Shown one piece after another: positions 52,301-63,948 of a DNA stretch of 64,000 nucleotides. Source of the stretch: Phoronis australis. Lineage: Eukaryota > Animalia > Phoronida. Both the position numbers and the translations under genes were made by a program. The stretch spans positions 124,001 through 188,000 of the forward strand of contig NMRA01000435.1 of assembly GCA_002633005.1 (NCBI GenBank), read 5' to 3'. A model generated the notes under the pieces. It was not told where the DNA came from and ran no database searches. It was given only the letters and a program-made list of their open reading frames with translations. Positions within the stretch are counted from its first letter, which is position 1, and the number at the start of each line of letters is the position of its first letter.

Positions 52301-55300
52301 ATACGGAGTCAGTGAGACACGCACTGTAGTCCATGGTGTCAATTCCATTGAAGAATTTGCACTGAAATTTAAAGTCGTGGGTGACGTCTTGCATCACAGC
52401 ACGTCATGTCACGAAAGTGGAGCCGAAGCTTACAATGTTAATAGCAGCAATAGAATGAGCTATGTCAGTAACATCATTGCTTTGATTTTGCTTGACAGTG
52501 AGGTGACTGTATAGTTAGCGATAGTTTATTCAAAATGAGCCTCCCGAGTGTTGGGGAACGAAGCTTTTGTTGGTATTTCAGAACATGTTGCTAGTTACAA
52601 TGTAGTATAGTGGTCATGACTTGCGTCTCCCCACGTCCGCGCTCGTTTCATGTTCTTTTATCTCGGCAATGTCTGACTGTATTGTTGCTTTGTCTTCAGG
52701 ATTACGTGTACTGGACAGACTGGGATCTAAAGTCAATCCAACGGGTGATCAAAATGAACCCAGCGCACGGCAGCAACCGCTCTCTGGACATCCACCCGAT
52801 GGTCAACGGCCTTTACTCACCCATGGACCTTCATGTCTACCACCCCGAGCGTCAGCCCGTCGGCGAGAACCTCTGTGCCGACAGCCCTTGTGCAGCACAC
52901 CAGTTCTGTCTTCCAGCACCATACTTCAACAAACACTCGGCCCGCGTCGCCTGCCTCTGCCCCATGGGTTTGGACAACTGCAATGATGGTAAGTCTCGCC
53001 AAAGAACAGTGCTCTGTTTCCTATTAAAACATGCTGTGGTCTGGACTAGGTTGTGCTAGTGTACAAAAGCTGTTCACTGGCATCCAACTAAGATACCCTC
53101 TTCTGGATATTACTTGGCGGTGGCCCAATCTCTTTCCACGTCATATCTTCCCCGATACTAAACCCATGTCGTCTCCATCAAACGCGCTTGTGGTGACAAG
53201 ACTTGCAGTTGTGCCAATGATCCATTCACCTCGCAGTTTGTCTCCGATCCGCCGAGTGCGTCTTGACTCCAGTTTGTTCCTCTGCATATACTTCTCTACT
53301 TTCTTCGCCATTCTCATCATCTCGCGCCGTTCACATCCACATAACTTCATCAACAGTTTTATCATTTATAGGGAGGCGTGAAAAGACACCTAGCATACAT
53401 TCTGACCAATCAGCAGCCAGTACACCGTCCAAAAATAGAATTCCAAAGGGTGAGCACATGTACTGGAGAACAGTCTTGCTGTTGTTTTGTTGTTTCACGG
53501 AAACTCCCACTGCTTGCCGTTCTGTTATGTTTTGGTTTTAATTCAGATTACGGCCCTTTATTGGCCCTTTTGGATCTAGCATGCTGTCTGGTGTCTAGCT
53601 GCGCATCTCTGTAGCCATGGCACTGCTGCGCCCTGGTGGCCATACACCTTCTGTTGTCCTTTTGCACCGATTTTCTGTTGTATTTGTGTTACCTTGTTGC
53701 TTTTGTCTGCCCAATTTTACCCATTTACAAGGTTTATTAGTCCTTGGTTTTATTTTCTGGCACAATTGTGCCTGCAGTGGGTTGGCGAGACTTTGTGTTT
53801 ATTGCTGGTTTTTGCTTAGAGGTTGATCAGTTTCAAGTGCTTAACACCTTCATCGTAGGCGAGCATGTTTGTTGTACGTTCCTGTAAATACCGTGCTTGT
53901 TTACATTTCTGGTCCAGTTTACATTCCTGGTCCAGTTTACATTTTTGTGCCTGCAGTTCAAGTGTAATAGAACACCGCTAATTTCAAATCTTCCTGCTGC
54001 TAAGTATATGCAGCTCCTTTTTATATGGCTTAAACAACGTGACCTGTTTTTGCTTCATTCTTGTCTTCACGCAATATCAGCGTTGGATATTTTGAACTGA
54101 CGTTCAAAGGATCCTTGAAGATACCAGTACTGCAATGGTACATTTCTCCCTCCAGGTTACCCCACAAAGAAACCATTGACTACACCTCATAACAGGGACG
54201 TCACAACTTCTTCTCTAAGTCCAGGCAAAAATGATACCTCAGCGGCTGCCACTTCTTCCAACGGGGTCGGCACTATCGCCGCCGCAGTCTCTGGCGCCGT
54301 CGCTGCCGTTCTTATCATCGTGGTAATCGTAAGTAGCTTTACTTGTGCTTGGTGATACCGTAGCTTCTATTTGACAGTAAAAATTGGGTCGCGGTAATTC
54401 TCCACATGTTTTGCACAAAAATAATAGTCAAAAATTGTTGTTTTTCCAAGGCTGATTATTTTACTAACAGAATGTTTACCAAAAGTTGTTTGATGACACC
54501 TACACAGTACATACCGTGCTTGTAATAGACTAAAATAGGCAAAAAATTACCATGTCTGTATATTTCAGGGTTCATCCAGTTTTATTTTATTGATTTGGGG
54601 TCAGTTTCTGTATTAAAAAGCAGTAGTTGTTAGTTATAGTTTTGAGATTCAAGGCAATTGGGTATTGTGGTTTTGAATACTGATTTGACGACGCGGACAT
54701 GACCCTTCTGAATAAGCTGTGGTTATTAAGACTGTTGTTGAACAAATGTTCATTGCCACCAAGGTATCATTTGTAATGAACAGAAGTGTAAGTCATAACT
54801 GTTATTTGGTGAGATGTCCAAGTCACGTACTGGTCTGTCATCAAAAGTTGAACAGAAGCTCGCGTGGAAGTCACGTTTGTGTTCTCACATAACTGAAGAG
54901 CTCTACTTTTGACATTCGCTGTTGCAGATTGGCGTTCTTGTCTACCGCTACTTTGGTCGTAAAAATGTGAAAAGCATGAACTTCGACAACCCCGTTTACC
55001 GCAAGACGACGGAAGACCAGTTCGCCATCGAGAGGCACCAGTACCAGCCTGCTAACAGGCTAGCTAGTCACGGCACACCTAGTTCAAATGTGAGTGTTCT
55101 CGCTTCCTGAATATTTTGTCACACTTAATTTAGGTTATATTTCGCGTTCTCACTACGCCATTATGCCCAAATCATTTATTGGTTTCCTGTATCACAGCCA
55201 GATAGTTCGTCATTCTTCAAGGTTTAAGTGTACTTGAATTGGCATCAGCGTTTCTTGCATTTGACAAATGTCAATGGTGTTTGTCCGTTCTAAAGATAAA

Positions 55301-55386
55301 TCTGGGTGTGCTAACGATGCCTCCATCCTTTCCAGCAATTTGTGAGGTTAACACAAGAAGACGATGACCAAGAGCCGATGGTGTGA
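40309..55386 (+). CDS. VLDLR: Very low-density lipoprotein receptor-like / LpR-type LDL receptor family member, complete; 13 exons, about 881 aa
   Basis: Exons 40309-40384, 41285-41395, 46064-46189, 48672-48914, 49211-49387, 49640-49981, 50217-50465, 51060-51566, 51896-52035, 52700-52988, 54156-54328, 54928-55089, 55336-55386 join in frame (2646 nt). Signal peptide, 8 LA repeats, EGF-A/B, six YWTD-type blades, EGF-C, S/T-rich stalk, TM, NFDNPVY. Probably co-orthologous to vertebrate VLDLR/LRP8/LDLR. Confidence 0.92.
41285..41395 (+). CDS. VLDLR: Exon 2 (LA1)
   Basis: [36 protein letters not shown]. Confidence 0.93.
46064..46189 (+). CDS. VLDLR: Exon 3 (LA2)
   Basis: [38 protein letters not shown]. 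Confidence 0.95.
48672..48914 (+). CDS. VLDLR: Exon 4 (LA3-LA4)
   Basis: Two LA repeats ending [12 protein letters not shown]. Confidence 0.95.
49211..49387 (+). CDS. VLDLR: Exon 5 (LA5 and start of LA6)
   Basis: CGEKEFKC...[10 protein letters not shown]...[11 protein letters not shown]. Confidence 0.94.
49640..49981 (+). CDS. VLDLR: Exon 6 (end of LA6, LA7, LA8)
   Basis: [21 protein letters not shown]...CEDGTDE...CDNGMDE. Confidence 0.94.
50217..50465 (+). CDS. VLDLR: Exon 7 (EGF-A, EGF-B)
   Basis: [12 protein letters not shown]...[27 protein letters not shown]. Confidence 0.94.
51060..51566 (+). CDS. VLDLR: Exon 8 (YWTD beta-propeller)
   Basis: IFSN, FYTD, YWTD and YWSD motifs. Confidence 0.95.
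51896..52035 (+). CDS. VLDLR: Exon 9 (propeller)
   Basis: [19 protein letters not shown]...HPFAITVFE. Confidence 0.95.
52700..52988 (+). CDS. VLDLR: Exon 10 (last YWTD and EGF-C)
   Basis: DYVYWTDW...[13 protein letters not shown]...CLPAP. Confidence 0.95.
53372..53449 (+). CDS. VLDLR: Candidate alternative cassette exon (S/T/P-rich stalk)
   Basis: TTTATAG acceptor, 78-nt open phase 1-1 exon, donor AGG|GTGAGC. Confidence 0.5.
54156..54328 (+). CDS. VLDLR: Exon 11 (O-linked stalk and TM)
   Basis: [22 protein letters not shown]...[22 protein letters not shown]; not in ORF track. Confidence 0.9.
54928..55089 (+). CDS. VLDLR: Exon 12 (TM end and cytoplasmic NPxY)
   Basis: [32 protein letters not shown]. 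Confidence 0.95.
55336..55386 (+). CDS. VLDLR: Exon 13 (stop)
   Basis: CCTTTCCAG acceptor; [16 protein letters not shown]. Confidence 0.7.
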   Translation, partial: QFVRLTQEDDDQEPMV

Positions 55387-57647
55387 CGATCATTCAAAGA
55401 ATGTAGAGTTAACTAAAATTACTGTAAAATTGAAGAGAGAGAAAAGAGCAGCTAAAACCTTGTATAGTGCTACGGACATCCTCGCTTCGGACGAAGAGAG
55501 GCACCTCAACCGATGATGCGCTTCAGTGACCGTCCCTAGACTCGCGTGAGAACAGATCGCGGAATCTGCCTAGTCTCATCACTCTTCCCACGTCACCGCG
55601 CCGCGCAGAATGCGGACGGAGTGCCGAAGCGCCTGGATCAGGCGGGAGAACGAAACACTTGCTCAATTGGTGTCTACAGTTGGATGTTGAGTTTGTTTAT
55701 TTATTTTCCGACTATGTACATAAACAATTCCCGCATACACGTTTTGACCTGGAACCATAGTGTAAATATTGAATCATTATGCAGAATTTTTTCACATGTC
55801 AAAGCTTCATCGTTTTGTATAGAATATGCAAGCAGGATAGTATCCTTTGTTTGTAACTATCTAAGTGTTCAGTTAATGTGCTTGTGTTTAGGCAATTTTC
55901 CTGTATATTTATGTCAACGTGAGTAATTTGTGAAGTTGTTATTAATTTGTGAATTGGGTCATCTCACAGTTGTTACGGAGACAAATGAAATGTGAATGGT
56001 GTCATTACATTATTTGGAAAAAGTGAACATTTGTGAGGCGTCTTGTTAAATCTCTGCCATATCTGTTTATATATTGTCCGCAGGTTGTTTTTGTGACAGC
56101 GAGATTTATTGTTTGTAAATACTTACTTAATCTAGAACAGAATAAGAGGAAAGGAATTGTTTTTCTGAATTATGTATATTTGATAGGTCTGAGTCATGAT
56201 CATTCTCATCACTAATTCATTTCATTTAGTCATCACACGGGCTCCTGTAGATGAGCATTATATAACCAAGGAGCCTTTCCGTCATTAGCTTGCCATCCGT
56301 CATTTCGTTGTCATTGGTGATTGTACAAGGCCCCATTGTCATGCACTCGTGTCATTTCAACCAGACCAGATAACTGTAGTTGGATCCTAGATGTGTTAGT
56401 TCAACTGTACGAGACCCGTTAAAATATCTTAGTAACCGGAATTGCGGCGTCAAGTGTTGAGATCTGAATTGTGCTGCGGAAGGGGTTACTTTGGCTGTGC
56501 AATCGTGGTATCTTGTACTGTTCTTTATCCTAGACATTAACCCTATTAAATAGGCATGCTGAAACTGTAAATAGTTATTTGGGTTTGTAAGTATTCGTGG
56601 TACACCGTTTGTTTTGCGAAAATTGCATCAACCTATGCTGTAAGGACTGGGAGAAACGATAGCTTCTTCGTATCTACGTTTTTGTGAATTGATCTGTATA
56701 TTTTCACTTTGCCCACTTCTAATGGCAGCCAATTCAGAACAGCTTACTGCTAACCTGTGTAAATCACATCTAATGGGTGTGTTACAGATCAGTGGTAGCT
56801 TGACTGATAGTTATAAATGTACTCTGGAAATAGCAGTGCTAGTGAAAAAAAATACCATAGGTCCAGATACAGCTGGTTTAGGGTAAAAGTTCGCTTTTGA
56901 AGTATGACCTTTTAGAGTGTTTGCTTCACAATTAAATTATTGCTTGTTCTGTTCAATTTAGAGTTGAAACTTGACATAACTGACCATCCGCCTTAAAGGT
57001 GATTTGGTACAGTTGGGACATGTTTCAATTTAAATGTAAAGTGGGTTTGTGTGAATAAATGATAAATGTTGCTAAATTCAAGTTGTTTGATTCCACCATG
57101 CACATCCGGTGTCTCAGGGGATTGGTAATTCATAAACTGAAATGTATACAAACAGGCACCTAATGAAACGGAAATGACGCACCAAACGTTCATTTGGTTA
57201 TCATGTCTCCTCTTCCCTTTTCTTCTATGTATGAATCAATCAGTTGTCCAACTTAAAATACAGTGACAGAAGCAATCGTCTAGAACCTCGCATTGCCGTG
57301 CAAGTGAAAAACCAGCCCTCTGCTCCATAGAAGCATGAGCTTCGCTTCGCGAAAACGTGAGACGTCGTGAGTTATCGCCATGTCTTACAAGCAATGCTCG
57401 TGATCACTAGCTAAGTTCTTGCGTCCACGGAACTCAGCCAGGCTCGAGGTCCGTCCTGCTAATTTCGGACAAATCGTGCCATGAAGTAACAAGTTAATAC
57501 TGCGCCTCCTTGCTTTTCATTTCGAAAAAGGTCTATTTCTGAATCTTCGCAAATCATTTTCTTTCATTTTGTTACTTTTATTCTTTGTTTATTCGGTCAT
57601 AGCTTTTCTATATTGTCTTCAAGTATTTGTATCAAACGAATCTGAAC

Positions 57648-57728
57648 CACAGGCGTCCTCAGCTTCTGATCGTCCACAATACACTATATAGTACTACTGG
57701 GGACGATCAGAAGCTGAGGACGCCTGTG
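57648..57728. mobile_element. 81-bp MITE with perfect 28-bp TIRs and 8-bp TSD
   Basis: CACAGGCGTCCTCAGCTTCTGATCGTCC / GGACGATCAGAAGCTGAGGACGCCTGTG; ATCTGAAC at 57640-57647 and 57729-57736. Confidence 0.92.
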
Positions 57729-59445
57729 ATCTGAACTACCGTAAACTCCGCCTTAGGTAGTGCAGTAGCGCGATCATTTTTGTGCACTTATACGCGTGCA
57801 CTGGCTGTTGTGGCAGGAGGCATACTGCTCAGTCAGAACAGTGTTTTCACACATTTTAAAGACGCACGCGGTGCTAATCAGGTCAAGCAGAAATCTTTAA
57901 TTAGAGGCAGTGAATGTTGCGGTTGAAGGAAACAATAAACTACATTCGGGTTGATTTTTATATTATCAGGAAAGCTAACTCGTCATATCAATAAAGTAAA
58001 ACATGAAACAAAATTAAAGGTTTTCAAAGGTACCGGTATGCATCGGGTTTTTGAATCATTTAAAAATACTATTTCAGCGGTCGACGGGCCTGTGACCTTT
58101 TACAGAAACAAAAATGAATTCCAATTTTGACTGGTTGTCCTCTCAATTATTTTTTGGAGTAAGATATTATGCAATGGGAACTGATGGGGCTACTCTAATT
58201 GTAAACATTACATTAATAAAATGAAATACAATAAAATAGGACAGCGTTCGCTACAAATTGTGTTGACTCACGTTCTGGCGCAAACGTATGTTTTGTATCG
58301 AGTTTCCACTAGGGCAGCGACAACGATCTTCGAAATACGACCAGTTCACACCAATGAGTACACCGTGCGTAGCAGTGTGTTATCTAGGCTCGAACATCCG
58401 TAATACAAGAGGGAAATGAATGTTTCCGACCACGCGCGACCGAACGTTGCGTGCGCAGCTTAAGCCGAGGTACGTGCTTGCCCATCTCAGCCGAGAAATG
58501 CATAGCTTTTTGCTCAAATGTTGCTCTTAAACTAGGCGTAGGCCTACAGGGTCTGCGGCCGTCTTAGTCTTGAGTTTTTTCGCCTTCGTTTCAACTGAAG
58601 CGCTGTATGTCCACAGCAAAAGGGTCCCATTCTGACAAAGAAAATTAAGGTCAGGTCAGTTACTCATATGCTTGCCCGAATATATAGGAATATAGGTAGG
58701 CACGTGCACCTGACGGTCTCCGCAGTGGCGTTCAGCACTGAGGTTAGGCCGCAGTATGGCTTTGAGCGGGTCAACAAAACATCGAGGTCATAGGGCCTGC
58801 TATGTTTAGTACCAGATGCGTTACATGGTGGTACTTAACTGTAATTTCACCATTTTTTCACGAAAGCTCACTATGACTAATGTAAAGCTCATGCGTTGCC
58901 CCCCCCCCATCATTATTCTTGGAGTCTTTTCAAGCAACAAAAATTGGCAATATAGAGGGATGCTGAATAATTCACAGGGTAAGTTGGTTCCAGTTGCTGC
59001 CGAGCCGAACACTTGAACTGATTGATGGATGAAGATTCGAAAATTCAGTGTCTATCGTATACTCAAGCAACTGGGGCAAGGCCCCCCCCTCCTTGGGTAC
59101 CGCAAGCAAAATGAAACAGCAACAGCGTGAAGCGTCACGTGAGGAAATATTGAGTTCACTGCAGATACTAGGACCGGTAGATGACGACTGAGGGGGGAGG
59201 GCTCAAACCCCAGATCGAGGCGGAATCGTCATTGTTCCCGTTTTTTTTTTTCTTAGTCCACCGACAGATTTTCCGGACAGAAGGTCCACATGCCCGGCCC
59301 CCTGCAACTTTCGGGCCGCCTGTGCACATACACTCCACTCGCGCTTTGCCCCGGCCGAGGCAACATGTTGGGCCTCCCGGCCCCCCAATCCTAGAGCCGC
59401 CACCGTATCGAGCTACATTTATCGGTGATTCTAGTCATTAGTAAT

Positions 59446-59508
<63 letters not shown>
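59446..59508. repeat. (TAAG)15 microsatellite, probably the (TTAC)n tail of a minus-strand LINE/SINE
   Basis: Perfect array; on the minus strand it directly follows AATAAA. Confidence 0.9.
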
Positions 59509-59509
<1 letters not shown>

Positions 59510-59662
59510 CAATTTATTTCAAGTCGGTATGGTGATCGTGTTGCAACAACCCCGCGTAAGCATGCATCTCAGTAGACCTAATCAGTCCGACAAGAAATCA
59601 AAAGTGATGTTAACTGATCGAACAGAACAAATCACATGCATGGTTAACATAATACTTAAATA

Positions 59663-59828
59663 CAGAGGCGGATCCAGGATTTTGAGTTGGGGGGAGCAGG
59701 GCAGAGCATAACCCAGGATTTTGCCTCTCAGACATTCGCACTCCCGAACAGCCAAATGGAATCTGGCGAGAATTTTACCTAAGGGGGCCATGTCCCCCTT
59801 GCCCCCTCTCCTCCTAAATCCGCCACTG
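59663..59828. mobile_element. MITE (GGCGGATCCAGG family) with 5-bp TSD
   Basis: Ends CAGAGGCGGATCCAGG / CCTAAATCCGCCACTG; AAATA on both flanks. Confidence 0.78.
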
Positions 59829-60434
59829 AAATAAACTGCAAATACATTTTACGTTGTCAGCGTTGCATATTTAATCCATAAACAAGTAGTTGTCACAGCA
59901 GGCTAGACATTAAGTAAGAGCTCAGTTTTACTAAGTTCACCGGCCGCGCGGCGGACCCGGCCGAGGCACCCGTAGACTTGCCCGGTGAGTCAGTATGAGG
60001 CTTGTACCGGATCTATCCAGAGGCCGGGTTTGAGATAAATTTCATTACTAAATCCCTGCGATGAATGCGGCAGTGATGATTTCACCATCAGACAAGTAGC
60101 CCTAGTTTGAGTATATGATATTTTTTTACTTTATAATGGACTTACTGAAATTAGTACCGGTAATTAAAATCTGTTTAAACCTTGCTACTTTTTATAAATT
60201 TAATATCCTCGATATTCTAATTGTTATTATAGGCCACTAAGATTGTATAACGTTTTATGTTAATGCATATGACACTGTTGAAGTTGTAGCCCGTTATGGA
60301 ATCATTTTAGAACGGTTTTGGTACAACAGATAATTATATGCAGGTACCGCGGGTACCACCATACAACTTCACGTTTTGCTTTTGACAGCGCTCTCTATTG
60401 GTTACAGTTTGCAAACAACAGAGGGCGTAGGAAA

Positions 60435-60623
60435 ATGGCGGAAGAAGGAGACTTGACGACCAATAAATATACAGAAAATTTGTCTATTTCGCGCGGAATG
60501 GTTGCCGAAAAGGGTGTAAACTTCGATGATCTGGTTGATCTTGTCGTTTATGATGAGAAAAACAAAGAGATTAAGTTTGAAGATATTTATAAAACCCAAA
60601 AGACAATCATCATTTTTGTGAGG
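60435..60623 (+). CDS. PRXL2C: PRXL2C exon 1
   Basis: AAAATGGCG start context; ...IKFEDIYKTQKTIIIFVR, donor GTAGG. Confidence 0.88.
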
Positions 60624-63600
60624 GTAGGCTTACGTCTGTTTCGCCGGGCAGTGATGTCAGTGACTAGTGACTTCATTGACAGTGTGTGTTTGTGACCGTG
60701 GCCATGTCCAGTTGGTCCGTCATTCTTACGGGGGGTTTGGTGGCACTTCTGTGTTCTTTGCTAGCTAATAGCATGCGCGCACCCAAGGGGGGCTCGATTC
60801 AAGCCCCCCATTTGGCGAAGTGGGCAAAAAGGTCCGCCTCTGAGAGACAAAAAGTCCGAGAAAATGAGGCATAAGTCCATTAAACATGTGCAAGCACAAA
60901 ATTCACAGTGGTGCTCCCATTTTTTTAGTCCGCCCGCTTTTTTGTTACCAAAAGGTCCACAGAGTCAAGAATTCGAGCCCCCCCATATTGAAGGCTGGGT
61001 GTGCGCATGGATAGTTATCGCTGGGAACTGGCAAGTTAATTTTCGTGTGAAAATGTGTACTGAAAACCAGAAAGCCAGCCTGCAAGTTCAGGCATACCTG
61101 TCAATAAAAAAAACAATTGCAGGCGGTCTGATACAGGTTGTACCAGACGTGCGCAGGCCTCACATGTGGGCCCTTTGCACTGATCACCTGGAACTATTTT
61201 TATGCTTTTTTTTCGAGTAAAGAAAGCGGGTACACTGCCTCCTCATACCTGTCAATAAGTCATCGCCCTTTTTTGGTGTTCTTTGTTCGTTTAATCTTGA
61301 AATTAAGTCAAATTCAGTCCTATTACCGCTGCAATTTACTTGGCCACATGTTAAAAGCTGCATGTTGACTGCCACGTTTTCTTAGGGCAAGGTCACAACT
61401 TATTTTTGGTCACCCAATGACTTAATTTAGTTGCATATTTAGTACAAAAACACTGAGATAGGGATAATTGCAGTTTTGGCTGTGTTTTCAAATCCATTCT
61501 GTTTCTCACAAGTAACTGTTTCCGCTCATATTGTTTAGTAGTACTTGACTTTATCAGTCAAAAACTAAATTAGCCTACACAGGTGATGTATTATACTTAG
61601 TCCATGTCATGCATTCTGGTATGGAATTCACATCAATAAGTTTTACTGTAAAATTTATGATCAGATAAGGAATAGGTCTAGGCCAATTTTACAAAGCTAT
61701 GTGGTCTATAATCAACATTTCACTTCTTGTACGGAACGTGGATTGATATCCGATTTTACTAGTTTTACTAGCCATTCATAAGGAGACAGATGACACATCT
61801 TTGCGAATGCATATTTTAAGCAGCTGCGAACTTGTGATCAGACACTTGTATGCCTTTTTTAGAAAAATTCCTCACGTTTGTGATTGAATTTTGCTCGTAG
61901 TAACAAAGTGGAAAGTTTAATTCTGTCGCATCTAAAATCCAAATTTTATTTTTCAGCACTTCCTTTGTTTTATGGCAAAAGAATATTGCGAAGGTATGGT
62001 GAATTTTTTGTTCCATTGTGTACCATTCTCCTGGAGTGTAAACTTTAAGAAATTTCCACTGTTCCCATCCAGAATTACGCTGGATTAAACTTGTCAAGCA
62101 CGCTTTTGTGTTGGTACACAATATTGTGGTTAAGCTGGTCAAAGCTTACAGTCACACAAAGGAATCAACAGGTAAAAGTTAAGTCTAATTTCTCTGAAAG
62201 TTAATCCTTTTTCTCCATTTAAAGTTTTTTGGTGATAGTATTTCATACAAAACGCATCGGCTTCAAGACATTTGTTGAAAGTCGTTTGCAAATAGTATTT
62301 TTAAATATTGCTGTTTACAACATATTGCTAGATTACGTGAGCATCAGATGAAAGCAGACAATAAGAGAGCTGGACTATATAAAACCCATTGGTTTACCAC
62401 TGTCAAATTGATAATAACATGGCTATATCCCGACTGGCCGATCAGTCAGTCGGGATACTCATTCCAATGCACGGGTGCGTAACGTTCTTGTGACTTAACG
62501 TTTAAAAACTGAGCAAAAGTTTCACACGGGTTCACATGTTCTAGTCATCTGTATTATGTGCTTCTATCCTGTTTATTTCTGAAGAGGTTCATTGTTTTCT
62601 TGAAAAAGATTTCATCAGAGAGATTTTTTCTGTTGGGATTCATTTTGTAAGAACGTGTTAATGAAAGTAAGTGGTTAGAATCTAACAAAATCCCGTCCCT
62701 TCATTTCTTACACAGACTTGGCCAAGGTACCAGAAGAATATCTACAAAAGGCTAATGTCAACTTGGTCGTGATTGGTTGTGCACCTGCAAAGTTTATAAA
62801 GGTATGATTTTCCTGGTGTTATTTTTCCTTTTCTGGACACATTGTAGACACAAAGGTGTCTTTATGACTTTTTCAAATTGGAAAATTTTTTAATTGGATA
62901 CTTACATTGGGCTCAAATGTCGCAGTTCGGCAGCTCACCAATTTAGGACTCGCAGTAATGGCAAATGAATGAAATATTGTTTCTCATTTTCTCATGAAAG
63001 ATATGTCACTCCAAAGTAATCCTTTCTCATGTTCAAGTTTTGTAACATAGCTGGCATAAGATAATCTTTTAAAAGAATGTGACCATGCACAACAATGTGA
63101 GAAGCGACTGAAAATAAAAAACGGCAATTTTTGGGCCATCATTTTTGTCCGAAATTGGTCAGGTTTTACCGTACATCTTGCTCTAATGAAATTTTTACCA
63201 CAAGAGTTCATTTTCCAATTGTCATTAATTTTTCAATTCAATCTGGAATTTTCTTAATATCTCACTTACGATAAGGTATGGTAAAATCTCTGCAATTTTG
63301 TGCAAAAATAATTTCCCAAGTGGCGCTCTTTTCAGTTCTTCAACATTTTCTGTCAATCTCACAATTTCTCAAAACATTGCCTGATGGTGGCAACTATAGT
63401 AGAGAACTTAGACATGGGAAAACATCAATTTATGAAAAATATGAGAACAAATTCTGTTTTCCCGCAGTCTGTCTGAAATTTATCAGATTTTAACATAAAC
63501 CTGGAACATTTGGGTTTGTGCTGGAGCATTCTTTGTTTCACTGTTGGCAACAACTTAGCTGTGTTGGAAGTGGCAATAAGATGCAAGTTTTCATTGGTTA

Positions 63601-63948
63601 GACGGTGCCTTTTCTCATTGAAGTCTGTCACTGCATAATCCCTGTTATGGTACAATTCTGCAGTTTAACCCATAATATGGTGGACAATTCAGATTATTTG
63701 TGCATTTTCTCAGCAAAAATAATTTGTCAAAACATTTTACTTTGCATTTAGTTTGTGCTGTACACCTGTCACCAAACAACATATAGAAAAAAAGTTGAAA
63801 AGAGTAATTTTAATTACTATTGTTTGTTCATTTCAGGAATTCGTGGGTTTAACTGGTTTGAAATGTACAGTTTATTGTGACCCAGAGAGGAAAGTTTACA
63901 AGGCGCTTGAATTTGCGGATACTCAAAAACCAGGTCTCAAAAAGACAA
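60435..63948 (+). CDS. PRXL2C: Peroxiredoxin-like 2C (AAED1, AhpC/TSA-like); first 4 exons, continues beyond the window
   Basis: Exons 60435-60623, 61957-61993, 62716-62801, 63837-63948 give ...KTIIIFVR-HFLCFMAKEYCE-DLAKVPEEYLQKANVNLVVIGC...YCDPERKVYKAL, matching the AAED1 pattern FVRHFLC..KEY.EDLAK.P. Confidence 0.9.
60772..61009. mobile_element. MITE in PRXL2C intron 1
   Basis: Ends CATGCGCGCACCCA / TGGGTGTGCGCATG; flanks AATAG / GATAG (4 of 5 match). Confidence 0.65.
61957..61993 (+). CDS. PRXL2C: PRXL2C exon 2 (37-nt active-site microexon)
   Basis: TTTTTCAG|CAC TTC CTT TGT TTT ATG GCA AAA GAA TAT TGC GAA G|GTATGG. Confidence 0.88.
62716..62801 (+). CDS. PRXL2C: PRXL2C exon 3
   Basis: DLAKVPEEYLQKANVNLVVIGCAPAKFIK. 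Confidence 0.9.
63837..63948 (+). CDS. PRXL2C: PRXL2C exon 4
   Basis: EFVGLTGLKCTVYCDPERKVYKALEF. Confidence 0.88.

Noticed and set aside
62426-62457. GC hairpin TATCCCGACTG...CAGTCGGGATA as a Helitron end or terminator
   Set aside because: No downstream CTRR terminus and no other supporting context.
60435-63948. PRXL2C as a selenoprotein (SelU family)
   Set aside because: The active-site codon is TGT (Cys), there is no in-frame TGA, and the 3' UTR is outside the window.
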